The notes below the pieces were generated by a model, which had not been told where the DNA came from, ran no database searches, and saw only the letters and a list, made by a program, of their open reading frames with translations. DNA of 64,000 bases from a virus. Taxonomy: Duplodnaviria; Heunggongvirae; Uroviricota; Caudoviricetes. Shown piece by piece: positions 36,147-46,500 of the stretch (position 1 is its first letter; each line of letters opens with the position of its first letter). The stretch lies in the IMG/VR virus record IMGVR_UViG_3300025012_000032, one strand, 5' to 3'. Position numbers and translations under genes: made by a program.

Positions 36147-36323
36147 TATTAAGTGGTTAAAAATAAATAATATTTTATAGAGAGGATTGATTGGTTGAAG
36201 AACTCTGGCACAGGTTGGAAAGCAATTAAACGAGGATTAAGTCCACCTTCTTTCAATTATATTTTAAAAGATTATGTGCATTAAGTAATAAAATAAAATT
36301 ATTGAAAGAAGGAATTAATACAT

Positions 36324-37313
36324 ATGGAAAACAATGAAAACAATACAGAACTACGACAAGCGATTAACGACATTACTCTGGTTGGAGAAGTTAAGGAACA
36401 AAAATTGAATTTAAATAAAAACAAAGAGGGAAATTATATCAACGGATCTCTAGTTATTAATACTGGTGATTTTTCAGAAATTGAAATTAAAGTTTTTGTT
36501 TCGGAAAAAAATAAAAAAGGTAAGGTAAAAAAATCATTTGAGACTTTACAAAAGCTAATCAATGAAGATTTCTTGACTTTAGCATCGTGTAAAAATGATG
36601 AAGATCGTGAAAATGTGGCAAAGGTAAGAATACAAGGACAGAAAGAATTCACTCCTCGTTTTAATGAAGATATTTTTAAGATTAAAGAAACAGAGGAAGT
36701 AAAAACAAAGGTGAATATTGACTTAGGTTTTGGTAATATTACAGTAGATTCTTCAATAAAACCAGAGGATTATAAAGCAAAATTTGATGTTGAAATGTTC
36801 GTAACTTCTGTTAAAGAAGAAATAAAACAAGACGAACCCACTGGCAGAGCCATTGTGAGTGGATGGACACCCATTTATGGTGGAAAGGTTATTCCTATGG
36901 AAGTTGTTGTAGGAATTATCTTAAATGATGATGGTGAAGAATTTGATTTTGGAGAAGATATTCTTGCTCAAGTTGAAGAAGGAATGACACTTAATGTATG
37001 GGGAGACATTAATTATAAATCTATCATTACTAAAACTACAAAAGGAGGAGGTTTGGGTAGAGCAAAAGTAGAAGAGCATAGAGAATATATTAATGAATTA
37101 GTTGTCGTTGGTGCAGATATCCAAGAAGACGAAGAAAAAGAATTCGATATGGAATTGATTAAACAGGCAAAGATTGAGCGTGATGTTGCAATCGAAGAGA
37201 AAAAGAATGAGGAAATTGTAGATAATAAAAAAGGCAAAGGTATGGGTAATAAGGGATCAAATACTAGTGCAAGTGGGGAAAAAACTACTAAGCGCGAAAG
37301 ACCCAAGTTTTAA
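36324..37313 (+). CDS. SSB-like single-stranded-DNA-binding protein (OB folds)
   Basis: The N-terminus ITLVGEVKEQKLNLNKNKEGNYINGSLVINT...IEIKVF has the SSB OB-fold pattern. A second OB-like segment follows, then a Lys/Glu-rich tail. Confidence 0.5.
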   Translation: MENNENNTELRQAINDITLVGEVKEQKLNLNKNKEGNYINGSLVINTGDFSEIEIKVFVSEKNKKGKVKKSFETLQKLINEDFLTLASCKNDEDRENVAKVRIQGQKEFTPRFNEDIFKIKETEEVKTKVNIDLGFGNITVDSSIKPEDYKAKFDVEMFVTSVKEEIKQDEPTGRAIVSGWTPIYGGKVIPMEVVVGIILNDDGEEFDFGEDILAQVEEGMTLNVWGDINYKSIITKTTKGGGLGRAKVEEHREYINELVVVGADIQEDEEKEFDMELIKQAKIERDVAIEEKKNEEIVDNKKGKGMGNKGSNTSASGEKTTKRERPKF

Positions 37314-37330
37314 TCAACAATAGGGGAGAA

Positions 37331-37355
37331 ATCCCCTTCTCTTGTTAATATATTA
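37331..37355 (+). terminator. Intrinsic terminator AGGGGA-GAAA-TCCCCT followed by TCTCTTGTT
   Basis: GC stem plus a U-rich tail. Confidence 0.55.
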
Positions 37356-37383
37356 ATAATAAGAATATTGGAGGAATTTATTA

Positions 37384-38406
37384 ATGGCAATATCAGATAA
37401 ATTACAAGAATTATTACAAAAAAACTTTAAAGGTGATGTTCAAGTTAGTCATGTGTCTGCAGATTTAAGGGGAAAAGTTATTGTTCTCTATGGTGGAAAT
37501 AACGTAGGAAAAACCTCTCAATCTGCAAAATTTAAAAATCCCATTTTCTTACCAGTTGAAAAAGGACTCAATGCAACTAATGGAGCTATCGCATTAAAAA
37601 CAGCAAATTGGAGTGATTTGAAGAAAAATGGCAAAAAATTAGCTGGTAAGGATTTTGTTCAACTATTGCAAAGTGGCGAACAAATTACCGTAGTAGTAGA
37701 TGGTATTGAACGAATAGGAACATATGTTAAAAATTATCTTTGTGCAAAATATGATGTTGATTCAATTGGTAAGGCTAATGGTGGATATGGATGTTGGGAA
37801 GAGTACGACAATTTAGTTTGGACTTGGGTTGATGGGATAATTAGTTTAGGGTATACTATTGTTTTTTTAGGTCATGCAAAATTAGATAAAAAGAAAGACC
37901 AATATGTTATTGAAGGAGATGAAAGAAATATCAAACCCATTAGAGATAATGCAGATATAGTATGTTATCTGGAATCTAATGGAATTGATGATAAAGGAAA
38001 GGTTATTCCCTCTTCAGCTTATTTAGCTGAAGCAGATGATTATTTTGCTAGAAGTAGATTTACATATATGGATACATATATTGAAGAATTTTCAGCAGAA
38101 AACTTAGAGAAGACAGTTATCGATGGTATAAAAAAGCAAAATGATGCAGAAGGTTATACTGGAGTTAGTTTTGAAGAGCAACAAAAAATCTATGGAAAAG
38201 TTGAAGAAACATTTGAAAGTGTAGTTGAGGAAATTAAAGAAATGTATGCTAAATTGGATGAGTTAGATTTAGTAGACGATTATGTTCAAATCGTGGAAGA
38301 GCATCTTGGTAAAGATGGAAGAGTAGGAGAAGCAACTGCCAAGCAATTTGAAGCTCTAATTTGCATTAGAGACGACATTGAATCTAGATTAGAAGAAGTT
38401 CAATAA
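37384..38406 (+). CDS. AAA_24/Sak4-like RecA-fold ATPase (phage recombination or replication accessory)
   Basis: Walker A GGNNVGKT. N-terminus KVIVLYGGNNVGKTSQSAKF...PIFLPVEKG as in the AAA_24 family. Walker B-like VVVDGIE. Confidence 0.6.
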   Translation: MAISDKLQELLQKNFKGDVQVSHVSADLRGKVIVLYGGNNVGKTSQSAKFKNPIFLPVEKGLNATNGAIALKTANWSDLKKNGKKLAGKDFVQLLQSGEQITVVVDGIERIGTYVKNYLCAKYDVDSIGKANGGYGCWEEYDNLVWTWVDGIISLGYTIVFLGHAKLDKKKDQYVIEGDERNIKPIRDNADIVCYLESNGIDDKGKVIPSSAYLAEADDYFARSRFTYMDTYIEEFSAENLEKTVIDGIKKQNDAEGYTGVSFEEQQKIYGKVEETFESVVEEIKEMYAKLDELDLVDDYVQIVEEHLGKDGRVGEATAKQFEALICIRDDIESRLEEVQ

Positions 38407-38417
38407 TAGCATAAATA

Positions 38418-38449
38418 AAATAGGGGGTAGTTTCATCTACTCCCTATTT
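38418..38449 (+). terminator. Hairpin AAATAGGGGGTAG-loop-CTACTCCCTATTT (13 bp with one G-U pair)
   Basis: Inverted repeat after the stop codon. The U-tract is poor. Confidence 0.4.
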
Positions 38450-38466
38450 AAAGTAGAGGTGATTAT

Positions 38467-39006
38467 ATGGTTACAAAAGTTATAAAGGAAAAACCACCTA
38501 AGAAATTAAAATGTACTATATGTGAAGAAGCATTTCTGAAAGAAGAAACAATTATTAAAAGTCAAAAAAGATATTGTAAAACCTGTTTGGAAATCAAAGA
38601 GGAAGAGTCTGCTCTATATAAAAATGATTGGGATTTGCTTTTTGAATACATATGTAAATTATATAATATTGATAAACCTACAGGCATGATGTTCCAACAA
38701 ATGAAAAATTATAGAGCAGACTATGAATATACTAATATTGGCATGTATTATACTTTACAATATTATTACAAAATATTAGAGAATGAGGTGTTGGAAGATA
38801 CTGGATTGGGAATCATACCTTATTTCTATGATAAAGCAAAAAATCATTATAATAGAATGTTTAATCTTCAAGATATAGCAGAAGAGTTTAAAGGAGAAGA
38901 GAAATCAATTCAAATAAAAACTAAAATTGCTGATAAATTGTCAATTCCTAAAAATCCTTTGCCATTGAATTTTGACTGGGAGGAGGAACAGGGTGAAGAT
39001 AACTAA
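38467..39006 (+). CDS. Hypothetical protein with an N-terminal zinc finger (CTICEE...YCKTC)
   Basis: AGAGGTGATTAT RBS. It overlaps the helicase gene's start. Confidence 0.5.
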   Translation: MVTKVIKEKPPKKLKCTICEEAFLKEETIIKSQKRYCKTCLEIKEEESALYKNDWDLLFEYICKLYNIDKPTGMMFQQMKNYRADYEYTNIGMYYTLQYYYKILENEVLEDTGLGIIPYFYDKAKNHYNRMFNLQDIAEEFKGEEKSIQIKTKIADKLSIPKNPLPLNFDWEEEQGEDN

Positions 39007-40576
39007 GAAACAAATTGAAAAATATCATGATAAAAGAACCTCTTGTCAAGTATTGGGTTGTATAATGAAAAGTCCAAATTTATTAAAAGATAAAAAATAT
39101 GCATTACATAAAGACGATTTTCCAAATGGATTGCACCAATTAATTCATACTTGTGTATATAATTTATCTCTTCAAGGGTTGAATGAAGTAAAGATAGCGG
39201 ATATAGAAACATACTTAAACACAAATGATCCTAAGTCATATAAAATGATTTTTGACAACGAAAAAAATATTGAATGGTTATCAGGGATATATGAGGACGG
39301 TAATAATACAAATTATGAATATTATTATAATAAGTTAAGAAAATTATCACTACTAAGAAGTTATATGAGTGAAGGCACAGACGTATCTGGAATCTTAGAT
39401 ATGGATGAGATAGACCACATAATTATCAAGCAACAACAAGAAAAATTTGAATCTATGACATTAAGTGAGGTTCAACAATATTTTGATAGGAAAAATTTTA
39501 ATGTTAAAGAAAAGTTTTTAATAAGAGATTCAACAAAACGAAGAAAAGCTGGAGATAATGCAGATGAATTAAGAATAAAAATGAAAGAATCCCCTTGCTA
39601 TGGATATGGACTAGAAAGCAAATACCTAAATACACTAACTTATGGTGCATTAAAGGGTGGGTTTTTTCTTGAAACTAGGGATAGTGGCAAAGGAAAAACG
39701 AGATCGGCCATAGAAAGATTGCTCTTGATATGTTGTTCTCATCTATGGGATTTTGATAAAGAGGACTTCGTTGTAAACCCTAATGGACAAAACAATGTTG
39801 GGTTATACATAGGAACAGAAATGAAAATTTATGAAGAATTAGAACCTATGATGTGGGCATTCGTTAGTGGTGTTGAGGAATTTAAAATCAAAAAGAATAC
39901 CTTAACCGAAGAAGAAGACAAAAGAGTTGATAAGGCAATTGAATACGTTAAAGAAGCGAAGTTATTTTTAGAGGATGAACCTAATTATGATTTATCATGT
40001 ATAAAAAACACAGTAGATAGATACAAAATTAATGAAGGGTTAGACGCTTTAGCCATAGATTATCTTGAATTGACCATAGCATTGACTGCTGAATATGTTC
40101 TATCCACTAAAGGAATGCCTGCAAGAGAAGATCAGGTATTATTAAATCTCTCCACTGAAACAAAAACATTGGCAACAGACTATGATATTGTTATTTTTGG
40201 ATATACACAAACAACAGATGGAGCAAGAACAGATGGTTATAGAGATCAAAGGGCTGTAAAGGGAGCTAGATCACTACCAAATAAATGTGATGTAGGTATT
40301 ACAGTATTTGCACCCACAAAAAAAGAACTTGATTTTATTCAACCTTTAATTCAAAAGGGAAAAGGGTTAAATAAAACAATAATTCCTAATATGTGTTACA
40401 CAATATATAAAAATAGATTTGGTGAGATTACTGAAGAAGTAAAAATATGGTGCTATCAAAACTTAGGAAATATGAAAACTATTGATTTGTTTTGCACTAA
40501 TAAAAATTATGAACCAATATCTATAGATAAAACATTAATTGAATTAGAAGATAAAGTTATTGAAACGAGTGATTAA
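38993..40576 (+). CDS. DnaB-like replicative helicase
   Basis: GTG at 38993 behind GGGAGGAGG. N-terminal CQVLGCIMKSPNLL resembles the DnaB N-terminal domain. Walker A ETRDSGKGKTRSAIERLLLI is of the DnaB C-terminal domain type. Confidence 0.6.
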   Translation: MKITKKQIEKYHDKRTSCQVLGCIMKSPNLLKDKKYALHKDDFPNGLHQLIHTCVYNLSLQGLNEVKIADIETYLNTNDPKSYKMIFDNEKNIEWLSGIYEDGNNTNYEYYYNKLRKLSLLRSYMSEGTDVSGILDMDEIDHIIIKQQQEKFESMTLSEVQQYFDRKNFNVKEKFLIRDSTKRRKAGDNADELRIKMKESPCYGYGLESKYLNTLTYGALKGGFFLETRDSGKGKTRSAIERLLLICCSHLWDFDKEDFVVNPNGQNNVGLYIGTEMKIYEELEPMMWAFVSGVEEFKIKKNTLTEEEDKRVDKAIEYVKEAKLFLEDEPNYDLSCIKNTVDRYKINEGLDALAIDYLELTIALTAEYVLSTKGMPAREDQVLLNLSTETKTLATDYDIVIFGYTQTTDGARTDGYRDQRAVKGARSLPNKCDVGITVFAPTKKELDFIQPLIQKGKGLNKTIIPNMCYTIYKNRFGEITEEVKIWCYQNLGNMKTIDLFCTNKNYEPISIDKTLIELEDKVIETSD

Positions 40577-40578
40577 TA

Positions 40579-41721
40579 GTGGACAGAGATGAATTAATGG
40601 AGTTGGTGACAACAGAAGACGTTATTAATATATTAAATGATTTAGGTTCTGGGAGTCCCCAAAAAGACAAAAATAATGACAACGCATTGCTTTTTTCAAC
40701 CGTATGTCATGGAGGAAAGAGTCATAAACTTTATTATTATATAGATAGTAAAATCTTTAAGTGTTATACTTCATGTGGTTCAATGAGTCTTTTTGATTTA
40801 ATTATGTCTACCAAGAATATTATTTTTCAAGAGGCATTTGCTTATCTTTGTAAATTTAAAAATGTAACCAATTTCAGTAAACAAAAAAAAGGATTGCAAA
40901 AGAAAGAATATGAAAATGAGGATTTGAAATTCTTAAAACTTCATCTCCGTAAAAAAGAAAAACAATTAATAAAACTACCTTCTTACAATAAATATATATT
41001 AAATATGTTTAATGATTATATGCCTATGTCATGGTATAAAGAAGGAATTACAGACGATATTACTAATATATTCCAAATAAAATTCTATATGAATCAATTT
41101 AAATGTATAATACCTCACTTTGATATTAATGGGAATCTAGTAGGCATTAGAGCAAGAAATTTCCTAAAGCATCAAGTGTCTAGTGGCAAGAAATATATCC
41201 CTGTGACTATTGAAAATTTTACTTATAGATATCCTATTGCTTTCAATCTTTATGGGATATATCAAAACCAAGAAAATATCAGAAAAATAAAAAAAACAAT
41301 TCTATTCGAGAGCGAGAAATCAGTAATGATTTACGGCAGTTATTTTGGTCAAGAAAATAATATATGCCTTGCCCTGTGTGGCATGTCGTTTTCATTATAT
41401 CAAAGAGATTTATTACTTTCATTAGGAGTAGAAGAAGTGGTAATATGTTTTGATAAACAATATCAAATAGAATTAATTGATGATGAAAATATAGATAGAA
41501 ATTCCAAAGCGTGGAAGGAGTATGAGAATTATGTAAAAGGATTAATAAAAATATCAGAAATGCTTATACCATATTGCAATGTTTCTATAATAGTGTGTTG
41601 GAATTTTAGAATTGGATACAAGGACTCACCAATAGATTTCGGAAAAGAAACATTTGAAGAATTATATAAAGAACGATATTACATAGATGATTTAGAAGAA
41701 CTAAGAGAAATGATAAAATAA
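40579..41721 (+). CDS. DnaG-like DNA primase (zinc-binding domain plus TOPRIM)
   Basis: CHGGKSHKLYYY...FKCYTSCGSMSLFDLIM matches the primase zinc-ribbon motif. A TOPRIM-like LFESEKSVMIYG follows. The position directly after the helicase matches SPbeta yorI/yorJ order. Confidence 0.6.
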   Translation: MDRDELMELVTTEDVINILNDLGSGSPQKDKNNDNALLFSTVCHGGKSHKLYYYIDSKIFKCYTSCGSMSLFDLIMSTKNIIFQEAFAYLCKFKNVTNFSKQKKGLQKKEYENEDLKFLKLHLRKKEKQLIKLPSYNKYILNMFNDYMPMSWYKEGITDDITNIFQIKFYMNQFKCIIPHFDINGNLVGIRARNFLKHQVSSGKKYIPVTIENFTYRYPIAFNLYGIYQNQENIRKIKKTILFESEKSVMIYGSYFGQENNICLALCGMSFSLYQRDLLLSLGVEEVVICFDKQYQIELIDDENIDRNSKAWKEYENYVKGLIKISEMLIPYCNVSIIVCWNFRIGYKDSPIDFGKETFEELYKERYYIDDLEELREMIK

Positions 41722-41735
41722 AAGGAGTTGTTAAT

Positions 41736-43538
41736 ATCAAATATCGAGTCTTAAACAAAGGATATGACTTAATTAGTGAGAATGAATTATTGGATATTTT
41801 ATTGAAAAATAGAGGTGTGGAAAATCCAAAAGAAATGTTAAATGTAAGCGAATCTTTCTTACATGATGGAATGTTATTTAAAAACATGAATAGAGGATTA
41901 GATATGCTTCATTGGCACATTGAAAATAATAGTAAAATACATATTATAATTGATGTGGACGTTGATGGCACTACATCAGGTACGATAATTAATAATTATA
42001 TTTTGAATATTAATCCAAATATCATAATCACACATTCTATGAACGAAAAGAAAATGCATGGAATTGTAGTGAAAAGTCTTGAAGAATATGAATTTAACTT
42101 ATTGATTGTTCCTGACGCTGGTTCGTCAGATGTTAAACAATGTAAAGAACTAGTAGAAACAAGAGACATAGACATTCTAATTCTTGATCATCACGAAATA
42201 GAAGAAATCAATCCTTATGCTGTAGTTATTAATTGCCAAGATGGTCAATATCCCAATACTACATTATCTGGTGCAGGAGTAGTTTATAAATTTATTAAAG
42301 AATATGATAAAAAGTATAGATTTAATTTTGCTGAAAACAATTTAGATTTAGTAGCAATAGGTATGATAGCAGACTCTATGGATTTGAGAAATTATGAAAC
42401 AAGATACTTAGCTATAGAAGGTTTAAAAACAATAAATAATGAATTTATGAAACAATTCTTAGTAAAAAATAAAATAGAAGATAATAAAAGCGTTGATTTT
42501 AAATTTATCGGATGGAAGATTGCTCCTTTTGTTAATGCAGTTACAAGAATAGGCAATGCTGAAGAAAGAAAAGATTTAATAAATGCATTCTTAGGCAAAG
42601 AAGAGAAAAAAGAATATCAACCAAGAAGAAAATGTAAGACAGATCCTAAACCAGAAATTATAATACAAACATTACAAGAGTGTATGATTCGAGAAACCAC
42701 TAATATTAAAGCAAGACAGGATAAGTTAGTTAAAAAATCAATGGAAGATATAGCAGAAATAATTGAAACACAAAAATTGAATGATAATAAAGTAATTATT
42801 GTAAATGCTACGAATGTATTAGAAAAGTCTTTTTCAGGATTGGTTGCTAATAAATTAGCAAGTATTTATAAACGTCCAATAATTATTTTGAAACAAATGA
42901 AAAAAGATGAATTAAAAAATGAGGAAGAAGAAACAGTATTCGGAGGAAGTTTTAGAAGTTATGATTTATTCCCTGTAGTATCTTTCATGGATGTCTTAAG
43001 AGAAGTCGATACTTTTATCAAGTTAGGAGGTCATCCTAATGCTGGAGGACATCAAATTAAAGAGAGTAAAATTCAAGAGACACAAGATAAATTAAATGAA
43101 ATGTTTAAAGATGTAGATATTGAAGACGTTTATATGGTGGATTATGAAATCCCTATTGGCAGATTAAAGGAGAAGCATATTCTTCAAGTAGGTCAATGGG
43201 CAGATATTTGGGGGAACACATTAAAAGAACCAATTTTTTGTATTACAGATGTAAATTTAAAGATAGAAGATATTCAATTGCTAGGAGAAAAGAGAAATAT
43301 TATCAAATTCGAGAAAATAATAGGTAGCAATAAAATTGTATTTATAAAAATGTTCGCAGGAGAGGCATTGTATAATAAGATGATTATGAAAAATCATACT
43401 GGATTATCTAAAAAGAATAATAAAGTTAAGTTAGACATCATTGGAAAGTTTACATTGAATAAACGGAATGGAAACGAATTCCCTCAAATTGAGATTATTG
43501 ATTTTAACGTTAGTAAGGAAAAAGATTTTAAGTTTTAA
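41736..43538 (+). CDS. RecJ-like single-strand DNA exonuclease (DHH/DHHA1)
   Basis: IIIDVDVDGTTSG is DHH motif I. ILDHHE is the DHH motif. GGHPNAGGH is DHHA1. The track start is TTG at 41790. The conserved RecJ N-terminus (ENELLDILLKNRGV) extends upstream of it, so the 5' end given here (ATC at 41736 behind AAAGGAG) is tentative. Confidence 0.7.
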   Translation: MKYRVLNKGYDLISENELLDILLKNRGVENPKEMLNVSESFLHDGMLFKNMNRGLDMLHWHIENNSKIHIIIDVDVDGTTSGTIINNYILNINPNIIITHSMNEKKMHGIVVKSLEEYEFNLLIVPDAGSSDVKQCKELVETRDIDILILDHHEIEEINPYAVVINCQDGQYPNTTLSGAGVVYKFIKEYDKKYRFNFAENNLDLVAIGMIADSMDLRNYETRYLAIEGLKTINNEFMKQFLVKNKIEDNKSVDFKFIGWKIAPFVNAVTRIGNAEERKDLINAFLGKEEKKEYQPRRKCKTDPKPEIIIQTLQECMIRETTNIKARQDKLVKKSMEDIAEIIETQKLNDNKVIIVNATNVLEKSFSGLVANKLASIYKRPIIILKQMKKDELKNEEEETVFGGSFRSYDLFPVVSFMDVLREVDTFIKLGGHPNAGGHQIKESKIQETQDKLNEMFKDVDIEDVYMVDYEIPIGRLKEKHILQVGQWADIWGNTLKEPIFCITDVNLKIEDIQLLGEKRNIIKFEKIIGSNKIVFIKMFAGEALYNKMIMKNHTGLSKKNNKVKLDIIGKFTLNKRNGNEFPQIEIIDFNVSKEKDFKF

Positions 43539-43593
43539 ATATTGAAATAAATATTATTATGTAGTATACTTATTAGGAAAGGAGCAATAAATA

Positions 43594-46500
43594 TTGACAA
43601 TATTAGATGAAGATTTTGTACATCTACACACGCATCACGAGCACAGTAATTTACGCTTTCGTGATTCGGTTAATAAGATTAAAGATATGATTCTTCATGT
43701 TGATGGATTAGGAAATCGATCTATGGCACTCACGGATCATGACGCACTTTCTGGACACATAAAATTCCTTAATACAGTCAAAGAGTTAAAATCTAAAGAT
43801 AAAATACATAAAGATTTTAAACCAATTCTAGGAAATGAAATATATTTAGTTGATGAAGAGATAATGTATGAAGAAATGAAGGATCAAAATAAAAAACCTA
43901 AGTTCTACCATTTTCTAATTTTAGCCAAGGATAATGAAGGTCATGAGCAAATGAGAAAGTTATCTACTAGAGCATGGACGAGATTATTCAGTTATAAAGG
44001 TGTTGAAAGAGTTCCTACATTCTATAGTGATATAGAATCCATTGTAAGCAAAAATAAAGGGCATTTGATAGCATCAAGTGCCTGTCTTGGAGGAATGTTG
44101 CCACATTTGATTTTGAGTCTGTTACAAGAAGAAAATGAAGAGATTCAAGAACAAATAAAAGATGAATTAGATGATTTTTTAAATTGGTGTCTTGATTTAT
44201 TTGGAGAAGATTTTTATATTGAATTGCAACCCTCTCTACAACAAGAGCAGATAGATTTTAATAGAATGGCAGTAAGAATAGCAAAGGCATATAATATAAA
44301 ATGGATAGTGACAACCGATGCACATTATTTAACAGCAAAAGATAGAGAAATTCATAAGGCATTCTTAACCTCAGAAGATGATTTAAACAACAATCGTGAA
44401 GTAGATATGTTTTATAGCACAACTCATTTCTTCACCGTAGATGAGATATTTAAGAATATGGATTATTTAGAAACTGAGGATATTGAAAAAGCAATATTAA
44501 ACACTAAAGAAGTTGCTGATAAAGTTGTAGGATATGATTTTTTTGCAAAATCTATTATTCCCTTAAGGGAATTACCTAAAAAATCAGAGTGGTATCCAGT
44601 TAATCAAAAAATATTAAGTAAGTATCCATATATAAAAGAACTTTATGAAGATATTGAGAGTCAGCATACTTTCTTGATTACTCAAACATTTAAAGGAATA
44701 GAAGAAAGAGGAATCAAAAAAGAAAAATTAGACGATATATTAGAAAGAGTTAATATTGAATGTAAAGAAATCACAGGAGCAAGCAAAGCAAAACATCAGC
44801 CAATGGGAGCATACCTAAATACCATGCAAAAAAATGTAGATATTATCTGGGAAGAAGCCGAATCATTTGTTGGGCCTGGAAGGGGATCTGCTAATGGATA
44901 TATTATAAATTATTTATTGGGCATTACTCAAGTAAATCCATTAGAACAAGGTGTAGAAATGCCTCATTGGAGATTCATGTCGGCAGAAAGACCAGATATT
45001 TTTGACATCGATATAGATTATAGTTCTCATAAAAAAGATGTAGTAATGGATAAAATAGTGAAGTATTATCAAAGTATCGGTGGAGATGCGATAAGAGTAT
45101 GCACCTTTGGAACAGAAACATCTAAATCAGCTATTCAAACAGCTTGCAGAGGATTACATATCAACAATGACGTTGCATTATATCTAAGTTCTTTAGTGCC
45201 TATAGAAAGAGGAAAAGTGTGGAGCATTCATGATTGTTTCTATGGAGATCCAGACAATGGAAGAAAAGCAGTAACCGAATTTAGAAATATGGTAAGCGAG
45301 TATACGGATAAAAATTTATTAAACGTTATTCTAGGAATTGAAGGATTAATTAATAAAAGGTCTACCCACGCTTGTTTTGATAAAGAGTCGCTAGTCTCAA
45401 CATCGGAAGGACTAAAAAGGATTATAGATATAAAAATTGGAGATAAGGTGTTAACACATAAACGCAGATTCAAACCTGTAATAGATTTAATTAAAACAAC
45501 AGCAGGCTCAATGTATACTCTAAAAACAAAATCTTCATTTCCTATAGAGGTCACAGAAGATCATCCTTTTTATGTAAGAGAAAGAAGCGATACCGAAGGT
45601 GGAAAAATATTTAGTAAACCAAAATGGAAGCAGGTATATGAACTATCAATTGGCAAGGACTATGTAGGGATTCCTATTAATAACGAATCCATTATTCCTG
45701 AAAATGATTTAACCTCTCTACCTTTTAATTGTAAAGATTTTTGGTGGATTATAGGAAGATATATTGGAGATGGATGGACAGAAAACTACACTCGTGAGAA
45801 AAAAATAAAAAATAGAAAAACAAATAAATGGGTTGAAAGAAGAATCATTATTTGTTGTTCAAAAGTTAATGAGAATGAAGTGCAAGAAATAACACAATAT
45901 TTGGATAATTTAAATTTCAAATATCGAGTTGAGGAAGTTAAAACAACTTATAAAGTTCATATACAAAACAAAGAACTCTATTCTTATCTTCAAGGATTTG
46001 GGAGATATGCATATGGCAAATATATTAATCAAGACGTATTTAATTTACCAAGAGATTATGTTGCAGTATTTTTAGAAGGTTATATAAGTGCAGACGGACA
46101 CCTTCGAACAGAAAATAATACGTATACCATAAAAACAATTAGTAAAAAATTAGCTATTGGAACAATGCAACTAATTAATAAAGCATTTCATAGATATGCT
46201 ACTATTGGTATATTACCTCCAAAAACTGAGTATATCGAGGATAGAGAGGTCGAATCAAAAGAAAAATATGAAATTAAGTTTACTAAAGATACTAGAAAGA
46301 AAGAGAAAAGTTTCTATGAAGATGGTTATATTTGGACACGACTATCTTATTTAAAAAGAAAAATGGAACCTAAAACAATGTATAATTTGACTGTTTTAGA
46401 CGACAATTCATATGTTGTACATGGTTTAGGTGTTCACAATTGCGGTGTAATTATTCTGAATGAACCAATCACAAAGCATAATTCAGTAATGAGAAGCCCA

